Assembly (NCBI GenBank): GCA_037190965.1
Contig: JBBCKI010000034.1
Coordinates: 68,519-132,518 of the forward strand
Length of the DNA stretch: 64,000 bases
Source: Chthoniobacteraceae bacterium
GTDB lineage: Bacteria; Verrucomicrobiota; Verrucomicrobiia; Chthoniobacterales; Chthoniobacteraceae
Direction of reading: 5' to 3'
Made by a program: the position numbers and the translations under genes. Positions 20,308 through 29,469 of this stretch are shown here, one piece after another. Each line of letters begins with the position of its first letter. Positions within the stretch are counted from its first letter, which is position 1. Below the pieces are notes generated by a model. It saw only the letters and a program-made list of their open reading frames with translations. It searched no databases and was not told the DNA's origin.

Positions 20308-20477
20308 GGTGCGGCAGCACCGGTAGCCCGCTCGCGCCGTCGAGCGCGGGGTTCGGCTCCGTAGCTTCATGAGGGCCGCATCCCAATACCAGCAGCCACC
20401 AGCAGCCCGTCCTGCGGGGATGAACGTCAAACGGCATCCCTGTCATGCCCCGCGCTCGATGGCGCGAGCGGGCTACC
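20308..20477 (+). repeat. REPIN-like element, family 1 copy 2
   Basis: GGTGCGGCAGCACC cap, GGTAG-CCCGCTCGCGCCGTCGAGCGCGGG arm, conserved spacer, inverted arm ending CGAGCGGG-CTACC. Confidence 0.95.
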
Positions 20478-20598
20478 CCGTCCTCCGCTGACCAATGTCT
20501 AGCGTCTAGCGGCGAGGGGGCGTACATCACGTACTCGTTATACAAGCGACGATAATCCGTGTCGCTCTTTCCTTGAATTCCACGCATGGGAGATCTTT

Positions 20599-20634
20599 TT
20601 CATTGCCAATCAATACGTATTTATAATACGTATT
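20599..20634 (+). promoter_or_regulatory. Putative sigma70 promoter (TTCATT-N17-TATAAT) with two tandem palindromic AATACGTATT operators
   Basis: Perfect 10-bp palindrome AATACGTATT at 20612-20621 and 20625-20634, abutting and overlapping TATAAT (20622-20627), 35 bp upstream of module A. CG-centred like LacI-family operators. Confidence 0.7.
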
Positions 20635-20669
20635 TATGAAACCGAAGGATTCCCCCAACAAACCTTGCG

Positions 20670-23180
20670 ATGACCCCCTTTAAGACGACTTTCCGTTCGC
20701 TTCTATTCATCTCGGCAATGCCTGTTTTTGCTTTCGCGTCGATTGCGGAAGCGGCAACGCCCGAGGAGTTTACCCTCAGCGTTTCCTTGGAGAAAGCTGC
20801 ACGTGTCTCCCTGGGCTCTGTCTTGAAGGCCGACCCGGAAGGGGAGGCGATCGCCCGGCAACTCATGGAGGTTCTCGGGAAAATGACCGGCCAGGAATGG
20901 GCCTCGGCATCGATCGAGGAAGCTGACGACACGCGGGGAATCGTATTGGCCGTGGCCGCCGACTTTCCCGAACTGGCCGCAGAAGCTTCGCTTGATTCTG
21001 TCAATCCGTTCGGTCGCGAGGACTATTTGATTCGGACTTCGGGAGACCGTCTGTTGGTGCTTGGCGCAACTCCGCTCGGAGTTCGCCGCGGTGTTGCCGA
21101 CCTTCTGCATCGGTGGGGTTATCGTCAGTTCTTCCCCGGTAAGGCGTGGGAAATCGTGCCGAAGCTTGCGAGCCTGACATTACGGGCGAACGACGTGCAG
21201 CGCCCGGCCTACGCGTTCCGTGATATGTTCACAGTCAACTATCTTCCGGGAGAAGAGGCGGCGTATGAGCAGTGGTGCGCGGTGAACCGGATGGGGAGCG
21301 GGTTCCAATTGAATACCCGGCATGCCTATCTTGCCATCTACCGGCGCCATGAGGAAACTTTCGCCAAGAACCTCGATTACTTTGCGTCTGTCGATGGAGT
21401 GCCTCAGGACGCGGCGACCCAGAAGAAATTCAAGTTCAACGCGGCCAGCCCCGGCTTGATCGATCTGATCGTCAAGGATGCCAGGACGATTCTTTCCAAG
21501 GAAAATGCCGAGGATTCCATCAGCATGGACCCGAGCGACTTCGGGGGATGGGACAATAGCGGCGAGGCCTTCAAGAAGATCGGAAGCCCATCCAATCAAG
21601 CCGTCACGATGGCGAATGCAGTGGCCCGCGAGGCGGCGGCTCCTCTCGGTAAATACGTGGGGATGTATGCTTACTACGATCACCAGTTCGCGCCCGAGAT
21701 TCCTGTCGAGCCCAACATTATCGTCAGCTTTGCCACCCGTTTTCTGAAACCGGGGCAGGATCTATTCGAGTTGATCAATGCCTGGAAAAACAAGGGGGTC
21801 AAGCACATCGGCATCCGTGACTATTCATCCTATTGGAACTGGGACCTGGCCATGCCGGGGCGCGCTCTTGGGGGAAATCTCGATTACCTCAAGCAATCGT
21901 TCGAGCGCTATCACCGGATCGGCGCGCGTTTCTATACCTCTGAATTTCAAAGCGCCTGGGGAGCTTACGGGTTGGGCTTCTACGCGACCTCCCGTCTGCT
22001 CTGGAACCCTGCGGAGGATGTCACCGCGATGGTGAATGACTTTCTGGAAAAGTCCTTCGGCCCTGCGGCCGCTCCCATGGGGCGCTTCTACAGTCTGCTC
22101 AATGGCGAGGATTCAGTGTTGGCTCGCTTCACCGAGCCCGCGAAGTTCTATGCGCCTTTGTTGGAGGCTCTGGAAGCCGCGAAGGAAGACGAAGCCGTCA
22201 CGCGGCGCATTACGGAACTGCTGGCCTACGTTCGCTACGTCGAGCTGTTGGGGAATCTGGAGAAAGCGACACAGGACAAGAAGCCCGAGGCATTGTTGGC
22301 CCTCTACGATTGGTTGTTCCGGTCCTCGCCTTTCCAGATGCTCCCGACCAAGGCGATCGCTCTGCGTAGCAAAAACGCGATGCACATCATGTATCCGGCG
22401 CTTTCGCACCCCAATCCGGCCTCTCTGGTCAAAATGCAGGCCGATGCTGCGACCCGCCCCGTGACGCTTGAGGAATTGACCGGGCACGCCTCGGAGGCCG
22501 TGGCTGCCGTCAAGTCAATCTCCGTGATTCCGCGTCTTGTGTCAGGAACGAAGTCGACGAACAGCCCGTGGATACGGAACGCGGCCGCGTTTGTATTCCC
22601 CCTGGAAGCGGAGAGCACGACGACGGTGACGCTGACGATGCGCCGGTTTGGATTTTCAGGATGGCCACGCTATGCGATCATGGATCCTTCGGGCGGGGTT
22701 GCGACGCGGGGTCGATTGGAGGCCGACAGCTCCACCGTCGAATTCAAAAACTCGGTAGCGGGGAACTATACTCTGGTCATCGAGCCGACGCCGAACCTGA
22801 TCAAGTGTCAGTCTGACCGGACCTTCTTCCTGGAGCCTAGTCGCGACGCGGCCGCCTTGGAGATGGTCAACTTCAAGGGCTTGCTCTATGGCGCTGTCCC
22901 CGGAGTGGTGGCCTCCGAAATCGTCGCGGGAGGGCAGGGGGCCAACGAGAAGATCAACGCGGAGATCTATGCTTCCGGCAAGAAGGTTGCCAGCGGCAAG
23001 GATGTCAGCGGTGATGAGCCGCTGGTGCATATGTTTTCAAAGTCGGACAACGCAACGGAGTTCCATGTTCGTATCGGCAAGCCTTCGACGGGGAGCTACG
23101 AGGACCAATTCCTGAAAATTCAAGGAGGGCCTTCATTCCCGGTCTCAATCTCTCCCGAAGCCCGTGTCGTTTTTGAGTAG
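20670..23180 (+). CDS. Secreted DUF4838-type glycoside hydrolase-like protein
   Basis: Signal peptide; GH67/GH20-like N-domain (EDYLIRT..RLLVLGATPLGVRRGV..L...GYRQFFPG), PAYAFR, SMDPSD, MYAY, SRLLWNP, FGPAAAPMGRFY. Confidence 0.75.
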   Translation: MTPFKTTFRSLLFISAMPVFAFASIAEAATPEEFTLSVSLEKAARVSLGSVLKADPEGEAIARQLMEVLGKMTGQEWASASIEEADDTRGIVLAVAADFPELAAEASLDSVNPFGREDYLIRTSGDRLLVLGATPLGVRRGVADLLHRWGYRQFFPGKAWEIVPKLASLTLRANDVQRPAYAFRDMFTVNYLPGEEAAYEQWCAVNRMGSGFQLNTRHAYLAIYRRHEETFAKNLDYFASVDGVPQDAATQKKFKFNAASPGLIDLIVKDARTILSKENAEDSISMDPSDFGGWDNSGEAFKKIGSPSNQAVTMANAVAREAAAPLGKYVGMYAYYDHQFAPEIPVEPNIIVSFATRFLKPGQDLFELINAWKNKGVKHIGIRDYSSYWNWDLAMPGRALGGNLDYLKQSFERYHRIGARFYTSEFQSAWGAYGLGFYATSRLLWNPAEDVTAMVNDFLEKSFGPAAAPMGRFYSLLNGEDSVLARFTEPAKFYAPLLEALEAAKEDEAVTRRITELLAYVRYVELLGNLEKATQDKKPEALLALYDWLFRSSPFQMLPTKAIALRSKNAMHIMYPALSHPNPASLVKMQADAATRPVTLEELTGHASEAVAAVKSISVIPRLVSGTKSTNSPWIRNAAAFVFPLEAESTTTVTLTMRRFGFSGWPRYAIMDPSGGVATRGRLEADSSTVEFKNSVAGNYTLVIEPTPNLIKCQSDRTFFLEPSRDAAALEMVNFKGLLYGAVPGVVASEIVAGGQGANEKINAEIYASGKKVASGKDVSGDEPLVHMFSKSDNATEFHVRIGKPSTGSYEDQFLKIQGGPSFPVSISPEARVVFE

Positions 23181-23209
23181 TTTTTGAATCGTCGATTTCC
23201 CTGCATCCC

Positions 23210-23830
23210 ATGAAGACCGCCAAGATTACCGCATTGATATTTGGCATGGCCGCCGCCGCTCTCGCTTCATTGCAAGCTGGAGTTAAGGTGAGCGTCCATC
23301 AGGCGAAGCCAACGGAAAGAATAGCCTTTAGCTATGAGGCGGAAGGAGAGGTGGGAAGAACCACTTGCTTTTACCGGGGAACCGGCGAGTCCCGTCATAT
23401 CGGCCAGGCCTTTCCGGTGGCTGCCGGCCAGTCTTGTGAGATGACGGCTGTCACCTTCAAGTTGAAGGAGTTTGACTCCGCGGTGCTGGGGAAAAGGTTC
23501 AGCCTGAAAGTCTATCGTCTCGCGGCCGTCAACAAGGTTCCCGATCCTGTGAATGGCCTTGTTTCCACCCAGGATGGTACGTTGCCCGAATCGATCGACC
23601 CCGAGGGGTATATCACCTTCACCCTGGATGAAGCCGTAAAGCTGGATCAGGGCGGCGCGTATCTGGTGCTGTTCGCTTTCGAGGAGCCGACTTCGACGGA
23701 TCAACGAGCCAACGTGCTGGGTTTCGAGCGAACGGAAGCGCCTGCCCAATCCGGGCGCATGTGGGCCTATCTCGAAGACAAATTTGTGGCTGATGCCAAG
23801 TCGATGACCTTCTTCATCCAAACCCCGTAG
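23210..23830 (+). CDS. Secreted beta-sandwich hypothetical protein (paralogue of the next gene, no anchor)
   Basis: Signal peptide; aligns by eye with 23861-24583 (IGQxF, AVTF, GYIxFTLD). Confidence 0.75.
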   Translation: MKTAKITALIFGMAAAALASLQAGVKVSVHQAKPTERIAFSYEAEGEVGRTTCFYRGTGESRHIGQAFPVAAGQSCEMTAVTFKLKEFDSAVLGKRFSLKVYRLAAVNKVPDPVNGLVSTQDGTLPESIDPEGYITFTLDEAVKLDQGGAYLVLFAFEEPTSTDQRANVLGFERTEAPAQSGRMWAYLEDKFVADAKSMTFFIQTP

Positions 23831-23860
23831 ACCGATTTTAATTGCAGATCCCACCATCCC

Positions 23861-24583
23861 ATGAACTCCAAAACCCCCATCATCCTGTTGGCCGGCTTGC
23901 TGGCCTGCTCTCTTCAAGCCTACTCCGCTGTCGTTACGATCAGCGCATCAGCACCGGCGTCGAACGTGATCAAGTCGAATCCCTTGACGGCGACGACCCC
24001 CGCCAACGTCACCTCCTACTGGAGGGCTCCCGGCGCGACCGATAGCCGCAAGGGCATCGGGCAGGGGTTCTCCCTGGTGGGGGAGACGACTGACTACTCG
24101 CTTCAGGCGGTGACATTCAACATCCAGAATTTCAGCCCAGCGGTACAGGGCCTTTCCTTCAACATCAGTATTTACAAGGCTGCCGCGGTGACCACGGTTC
24201 CCGGTGTATCGAATCTCATCGCCAGCGAGGACGGGATAATGGCTTCAGGGCTGACAGCCGATGGCTACATTAAATTCACCCTGGATAGTGCCATCGTGCT
24301 GGAGAAGGGGTATTTCTACAATGTGATGTTCTCCTGGAATGAGAGAACCTCAGATACGACGACGGTACAGAGTATTTCCTTCAAGACGGCAGGGACTGGC
24401 ACTCCAATTACCGCAGGCGGGCGCCGATGGATCGATGTTGATGGTACCATCTCGGCGTCAGGAACGAACGGCTTCATTTTTTATGCGGAGGGGATTGCAA
24501 TCCCGGAGCCGGGCACGGGCCTGCTTTTGCTGACTGCGGCGGGTATTAGTCTTGTCGCGCTGCGGAAACGTCTTCACCGTTGA
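23861..24583 (+). CDS. PEP-CTERM surface protein
   Basis: Signal peptide; Ser/Thr-rich; C-terminal IPEPGTGLLLL-TM-RKRLHR. Confidence 0.88.
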   Translation: MNSKTPIILLAGLLACSLQAYSAVVTISASAPASNVIKSNPLTATTPANVTSYWRAPGATDSRKGIGQGFSLVGETTDYSLQAVTFNIQNFSPAVQGLSFNISIYKAAAVTTVPGVSNLIASEDGIMASGLTADGYIKFTLDSAIVLEKGYFYNVMFSWNERTSDTTTVQSISFKTAGTGTPITAGGRRWIDVDGTISASGTNGFIFYAEGIAIPEPGTGLLLLTAAGISLVALRKRLHR

Positions 24584-24587
24584 GCGC

Positions 24588-25904
24588 ATGAGAAGGAAAC
24601 CCTCCAATAGCCGCAAGATCCGCTTTAGCCCCACGCAGAAGGACATCGCCGACGCCCTGGGAGTTTCCCAGTCGACGGTCGCGATGGCACTCAGCGCGCA
24701 GCATGAACGGAAGTTGATGGCGGAGACGGTGGAGCGTATTCGGAAGTACGCCGCCGAGGTAGGGTATCATCCGCAACGCTTTGCGCAGATCATGCAGGGC
24801 GGCCATACCAGGATCATCGGGGTCATCGTGCGCCTGGGCATTTACGCCAGCAATCACAAGATGGTGGCGATGCTGGCCAACGAACTGACCCGCGCCGGTT
24901 ATCGCCTCGTGGTGGTGGATCCCGAGTGGTTTGGAAGCGACGCGGAACTGGTGCGGCGCTATCTGCTCGATCAGGGGGTCGAAGGGGTTGTCTTCTGCAA
25001 CGTGACCTTGATTGAAGAAGTCGAGGCGATTCGGGCAATGCTCCCCGATTGTATGCCATACTACTCCCTGCAAAGCTCCGTGACATGCGGGCCGAACTTG
25101 CGGGCCGATCTGGAGGGGGCGTACTATCACATGACCCGGCTGCACCTCGCCCTGGGATCGCAGCATCTGGGCCTTCTCACGATGTATCGTGATGTCGGGA
25201 ATATCCGCCGCCCCGCCTGGACGGTGCTCGATCGCGTGAGGGGATTTGCCAGGGCCATCCTGGAAGCAGGGGGGGCGGTCGTGGCCGACGACAAGGCCCG
25301 GGAGTTGCTGGAGATTCCCGGATGCGGAAGCCTTCCCAAGCGGCTTCCCAAAGGAATCGTGGGGGTGATCCATTATCCCGAGAAAGCGCCGGAGGTGCAT
25401 CATGCCTTCGGGAACGGCTTCCATCAGACCCTGCGAATGATCGATGCCGCCGCGCTGCCCGATTCGCTCATTTGCGCCAATGACGATGGCGCGCTCGGTG
25501 CGATCGCAGCTTGCGCGGACCGGAACGTGGAGGTTTCCCAGGATGTGCGGATCTCCGGGCACGACGACACGGTGGCGGGGCAGTTCGGCATGGTGCCTTT
25601 GACGACCGTCAGGCCTCCCCTTGAGGAACTGGTGAGGAAGACTGCCGAAGGCTTGCTCGATCAGATCAGGAATCCCGAGAAAGCTCGCGAGGATTCTCTC
25701 ACTCAGCTCCCCTGCAAGATCGTAGTCTCCTCTTCGTGCGGCACTCGCGAAGAACTGCAACAGCTTGCCGGAAGTAATTTTTTCCGGAGCGGTGGAGGCC
25801 ATGAATTTGAATGGAAGCTCGACGACAACGGAATTCACCGCTTCGACCCATATCAAAAGATCGAAGACCATGGCAGGAAGCCAAAGATAAAACCCAACCC
25901 ATAG
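24588..25904 (+). CDS. LacI-family transcriptional regulator
   Basis: HTH TQKDIADALGVSQSTVAMAL, hinge GYHPQRFAQ, ICANDDGALG, ISGHDD, PLTTV. ATG 4 nt after the upstream stop. Confidence 0.92.
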   Translation: MRRKPSNSRKIRFSPTQKDIADALGVSQSTVAMALSAQHERKLMAETVERIRKYAAEVGYHPQRFAQIMQGGHTRIIGVIVRLGIYASNHKMVAMLANELTRAGYRLVVVDPEWFGSDAELVRRYLLDQGVEGVVFCNVTLIEEVEAIRAMLPDCMPYYSLQSSVTCGPNLRADLEGAYYHMTRLHLALGSQHLGLLTMYRDVGNIRRPAWTVLDRVRGFARAILEAGGAVVADDKARELLEIPGCGSLPKRLPKGIVGVIHYPEKAPEVHHAFGNGFHQTLRMIDAAALPDSLICANDDGALGAIAACADRNVEVSQDVRISGHDDTVAGQFGMVPLTTVRPPLEELVRKTAEGLLDQIRNPEKAREDSLTQLPCKIVVSSSCGTREELQQLAGSNFFRSGGGHEFEWKLDDNGIHRFDPYQKIEDHGRKPKIKPNP

Positions 25905-25915
25905 ACTAGTCTTTT

Positions 25916-26686
25916 ATGCCCCCCAGCACCCCTTTTAATTGGCTATCCCAAGGATCGTGCAAACATTGGAGACGGACGCGTGCTTTTACCTTGGTGGAAA
26001 TTCTGGTGGTGATCTCGATTCTGGGGGTGCTTGTAATGCTGGCGTTTCCATCGTTCAAGGGAAGTATTCAGGCGAGTCAGAATGCGAAATGCGCCGCCAA
26101 TCTGAAGTCTATTGGGGCGGGGCTTTTTGCCTATATTTCCGATCACAATGGCGACCTGCCTCCGTGTGCGGCTCTACCCAATAGCGGGTATAAAGTCAGT
26201 TATCGGAAGGGAACTTTTTGGTTCGACGCTCTTAACCCTTACATGGGGTATCCCCAATACGCGCCAGAGCGCAACGAACAGTTTCCCGCTGCAACCGAAG
26301 TGGGGACTGAATTTCCGTTTGCGTGGCAGCTTTGCCCTGCCAAACGGAGCGAACCCCTTCAGCGTCAAGCGGTGGGTTACGGGTGGAATCTTTCCAATTT
26401 TGGCCATGACATGACGCGCGCCGCCACCACCGGCTTTGGGGCGAGGATTTCCGAGGTTACCGAACCCGCCAGGACCATCATCATCGGCGACTCGCGGGAT
26501 GAGGGGAATTCGGAGAATCCGCATGAGCATCGCTACCTCTATGACTATGACAAAGAGAAGAGCGTGCCTTATCCCGAGCGGCACACCGGAAGGGGTAACT
26601 ATCTCTTCCTCGACGGGCACATTCAGAGCTTTACACCAGTGGAGATGAAATCCACCGAGGTGCGGGCGCTCTTCAAGAAAAAGTAA
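25916..26686 (+). CDS. Prepilin-type N-terminal cleavage/methylation protein with H-X9-DG C-terminal motif
   Basis: RAFTLVEILVVISILGVL, CAANLKSIG, CPA, RHTGRGNYLFLDGH. Confidence 0.92.
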   Translation: MPPSTPFNWLSQGSCKHWRRTRAFTLVEILVVISILGVLVMLAFPSFKGSIQASQNAKCAANLKSIGAGLFAYISDHNGDLPPCAALPNSGYKVSYRKGTFWFDALNPYMGYPQYAPERNEQFPAATEVGTEFPFAWQLCPAKRSEPLQRQAVGYGWNLSNFGHDMTRAATTGFGARISEVTEPARTIIIGDSRDEGNSENPHEHRYLYDYDKEKSVPYPERHTGRGNYLFLDGHIQSFTPVEMKSTEVRALFKKK

Positions 26687-27997
26687 ATGAACCCTTTATA
26701 TGATATTGCAGTGATTGGCGGCGGCCCCGCCGGAATCTGTGCTGCCATTGCAGCCGGTCGGCTTGGCTTGCGCACCGCGCTGGTGGAGCGGCACCCGATC
26801 CTGGGCGGCATGGGAACGGCGGCGTTAGTTAACAATTTCTGCAACGCGTATCATGATGGCCAGCGATTTATCATCGGGGGGATCTTCTCGGAGATTCGCA
26901 ATGAACTCATCGCCCGGGATGCCTTGTTCGTCACGCTCGGCCTTGAGCCTTATAATCACCATGTGTTCTGCGAGATTGCCGAGCGGCTTTGTCGGGAGGC
27001 GGGGGTGGATCTTTTTCTGGGGAGTCCCCTTGGCAAGGTCTCCTTTGGAGATGATGGCACGCTCATTAAGCTTCCCGGGGCAGGGAGGGACTTGCAAGCG
27101 CGGGTAGTTGTCGATGCCAGCGGTGATGCTGCGGTTGCAGCACAGGCGGGCGTAGGAATGGTGCCGCGAGAGGAAGGGCGGCGGTTGCCGATGCCGCTCA
27201 ACTATTGCTACTTGCTGGGCCCTGCTGACTGGGAACAAATCCGCAGGGAAATTCCCGAGATTATTCTGACGGACATGAACGGCGAGGAGTATCTATACCT
27301 CGGGCCCCAGTCCCGGTTGCGCCAGTGGGTGAAGGAAGCCCGGGAGGCTGGTGAATTGACCATCCCTCGCGACCGGATTGCGGTGGCGTACTCGGTGCCG
27401 CTGATGAAGGAGACCATCTCAGTCAACTTCGGACGCGTGGTCGTGGATGATCCCGCAGACCCGGCGCAACTCGCGGAAGCCGAGCGGCTCGGCATGGAGC
27501 AGGTGCGCGAGGGGGAACGTTTTTTCCAGAAATACATTCCCGGCTTCAGCAACGCGCGAGTGACGGAGGTTGGACGCCAGATCGGAGTGCGCGAGTCGCG
27601 CCAGATCCTCGGCCGCTATGTCTTGACCGGCGAGGACGTGTTGGCATGCCGCCAGTTTGATGACGCCATCGCCCAGTGTTGCTACTCCGTGGACATTCAC
27701 GAGCCGGGCTCCGACAAAACCACCATGATCGCGCTTCCCAAGGAGGCGCATTACGACATCCCGCTGCGTTGCCTGATTCCTGCTGATGGCCCGAAAAACC
27801 TGATCGTCGCGGGCCGCAGTATTTCGGCCACTCAGACGGCCATGAGTTCCTTCCGCGTCTCTCCTTCTGTCATGGCCCTCGGCCAGGCCGCCGGAATTAC
27901 TGCCGCGCTGGCCGCGCGCAATGGCGGCGATGTGGCAGCGGTGCCCGCGGCTGCGGTCCGTGGGGAACTGGTGAACGCTCAATCCATTCTAAGTTAA
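26687..27997 (+). CDS. FAD-dependent oxidoreductase (PF12831-like)
   Basis: YDIAVIGGGPAG, LGGMGT, VDASGDA, GVRESRQI, YDIPLRCLIP, NLIVAGRSISA, RV...MALGQAAG. Confidence 0.9.
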   Translation: MNPLYDIAVIGGGPAGICAAIAAGRLGLRTALVERHPILGGMGTAALVNNFCNAYHDGQRFIIGGIFSEIRNELIARDALFVTLGLEPYNHHVFCEIAERLCREAGVDLFLGSPLGKVSFGDDGTLIKLPGAGRDLQARVVVDASGDAAVAAQAGVGMVPREEGRRLPMPLNYCYLLGPADWEQIRREIPEIILTDMNGEEYLYLGPQSRLRQWVKEAREAGELTIPRDRIAVAYSVPLMKETISVNFGRVVVDDPADPAQLAEAERLGMEQVREGERFFQKYIPGFSNARVTEVGRQIGVRESRQILGRYVLTGEDVLACRQFDDAIAQCCYSVDIHEPGSDKTTMIALPKEAHYDIPLRCLIPADGPKNLIVAGRSISATQTAMSSFRVSPSVMALGQAAGITAALAARNGGDVAAVPAAAVRGELVNAQSILS

Positions 27998-29373
27998 TGA
28001 ATCGTCAGTTGCATCGTTTTGGTCATTTCGATACGTCGGCGAAGATTCTCGCGGATCTTCATGAAGGAAAGGTGCGCGAGTCGCTCCGGGGCGTGGCCGA
28101 GTGGTTGCGAGCCGCGGTTGACGCCTCCGGTCGCGCGGACAAGTGTTGCCGCAATGTCATGTATCATGATGACGGGCGCGCGACGTGGCTCTATCCCAAC
28201 AGCAACACGGCAGAGTTGATTTCCGCTTGGCTCGACCTCTCCGAGCTGCTGGAGGATGGCTCCCTTGTCGCCCGGGCAACCGACTATGCGGACGGCCTTC
28301 TCAACGATCCGATGAAAGGGCTTTATCGCGGTCCCGATGCAACGGTGCAGGGGCTTCCATGGTATTGGACCGATGGAGGAACTTACGGCGGCCTCTATGC
28401 GATGCGCCTGCCTTACCATTTCGACCGCCTTCATCAGCTTACGGGAGAGGCGCGCTACCGCGAGATTTGCGATGTCATCGGCAAAACCTTGCTGGGCCGC
28501 CAACTGGATAGCGGCCTGGTCTCCGCCGCGTGGGGCCCCGAGGAAGGGTGGATGACGGAGATTCGCATCGGAAGCCGCTATGTCTATGCAGTGGCCACGT
28601 TTGCCACACTTTGGCGCATCACCGGCGAGGCCGCTTACCTTACCGCGTATGAGCGGGCAGTTGCGGTATTATTGCGGATGCAGAATGCCGACGGATCGTT
28701 CTTCCAGATGTACGAACCGCGCACCGCGCAGTCGATCGACACATCGGTGAAGCTCCACTTTGTCTCCTATCTCCTGAACGCGTTTGAGGAGGCCTACGAG
28801 GTGACCGGCGATGAGCGTCTTGTTGAATGCGGGCGGCGCCTCTCCGATCATCTTGCGGGCGTTTACTATTATCGTCAGGCGGTTCCCTATTGCACCGGTC
28901 ATGTCGGGGAGGCTGCGGACCGGATGGAGGCGGAGTCCGCCATTCAGGATGCCAGCGCCGGGCTCTTCTGGCTGGCAAAACAAACCGGAGCGCCCGTCTA
29001 TCGCGACGTCGCCCTCAAGCTATGGATGCAAACATGGATGCACCAGCTGCCGCTCGACGCCGCACCGGGCTGGCGTGGCGCGATCATCCGTGGCGTGAAC
29101 CCGGCGTTGCAGGAAACCATCTCGGGCGTCCCCACGAACCGGAAGCATCTTCACTATGATCCCAGCATCATCGGCCGCTGCGATCTCTGGTTCGCGGTTC
29201 ACCACGTCTTCGCATCGCGGAGACTTTTGGAAATGCTCGCGGATAAAGCCAAGAGCCCGAGCTTGGGCGTGACGGAAACATGCGAGGTAGCCCGCTCTCG
29301 CCGAGAGCGCGGGATCGATGAAGAATCGCATTTGACGCCCATCCCCGCAGGACGGACTCTTGGCATGGGATGA
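27997..29373 (+). CDS. (alpha/alpha)6-barrel sugar-active enzyme-like protein; C-terminus supplied by a repeat
   Basis: Repeated helical hairpin units LTGEARYRE, ITGEAAYL, VTGDERLVE, QTGAPVYRD and QNADGSF; no signal peptide. Confidence 0.6.
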   Translation: MNRQLHRFGHFDTSAKILADLHEGKVRESLRGVAEWLRAAVDASGRADKCCRNVMYHDDGRATWLYPNSNTAELISAWLDLSELLEDGSLVARATDYADGLLNDPMKGLYRGPDATVQGLPWYWTDGGTYGGLYAMRLPYHFDRLHQLTGEARYREICDVIGKTLLGRQLDSGLVSAAWGPEEGWMTEIRIGSRYVYAVATFATLWRITGEAAYLTAYERAVAVLLRMQNADGSFFQMYEPRTAQSIDTSVKLHFVSYLLNAFEEAYEVTGDERLVECGRRLSDHLAGVYYYRQAVPYCTGHVGEAADRMEAESAIQDASAGLFWLAKQTGAPVYRDVALKLWMQTWMHQLPLDAAPGWRGAIIRGVNPALQETISGVPTNRKHLHYDPSIIGRCDLWFAVHHVFASRRLLEMLADKAKSPSLGVTETCEVARSRRERGIDEESHLTPIPAGRTLGMG

Positions 29374-29443
29374 GGCCCTCATGAAGCCGCGGGAGCCGAA
29401 CCCGCGCTCGACGGCGCCAGCGGGCTACCGGTGCTGCCGCACC
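29286..29443 (-). repeat. REPIN-like element, family 1 copy 3 (overlaps 3' end of the CDS)
   Basis: GGTAG-CCCGCTCTCGCCGAGAGCGCGGG ... CGGGCTACC-GGTGCTGCCGCACC. Confidence 0.95.
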
Positions 29444-29469
29444 ATTCTTCCTAACTTCCCGTCAAAAAC

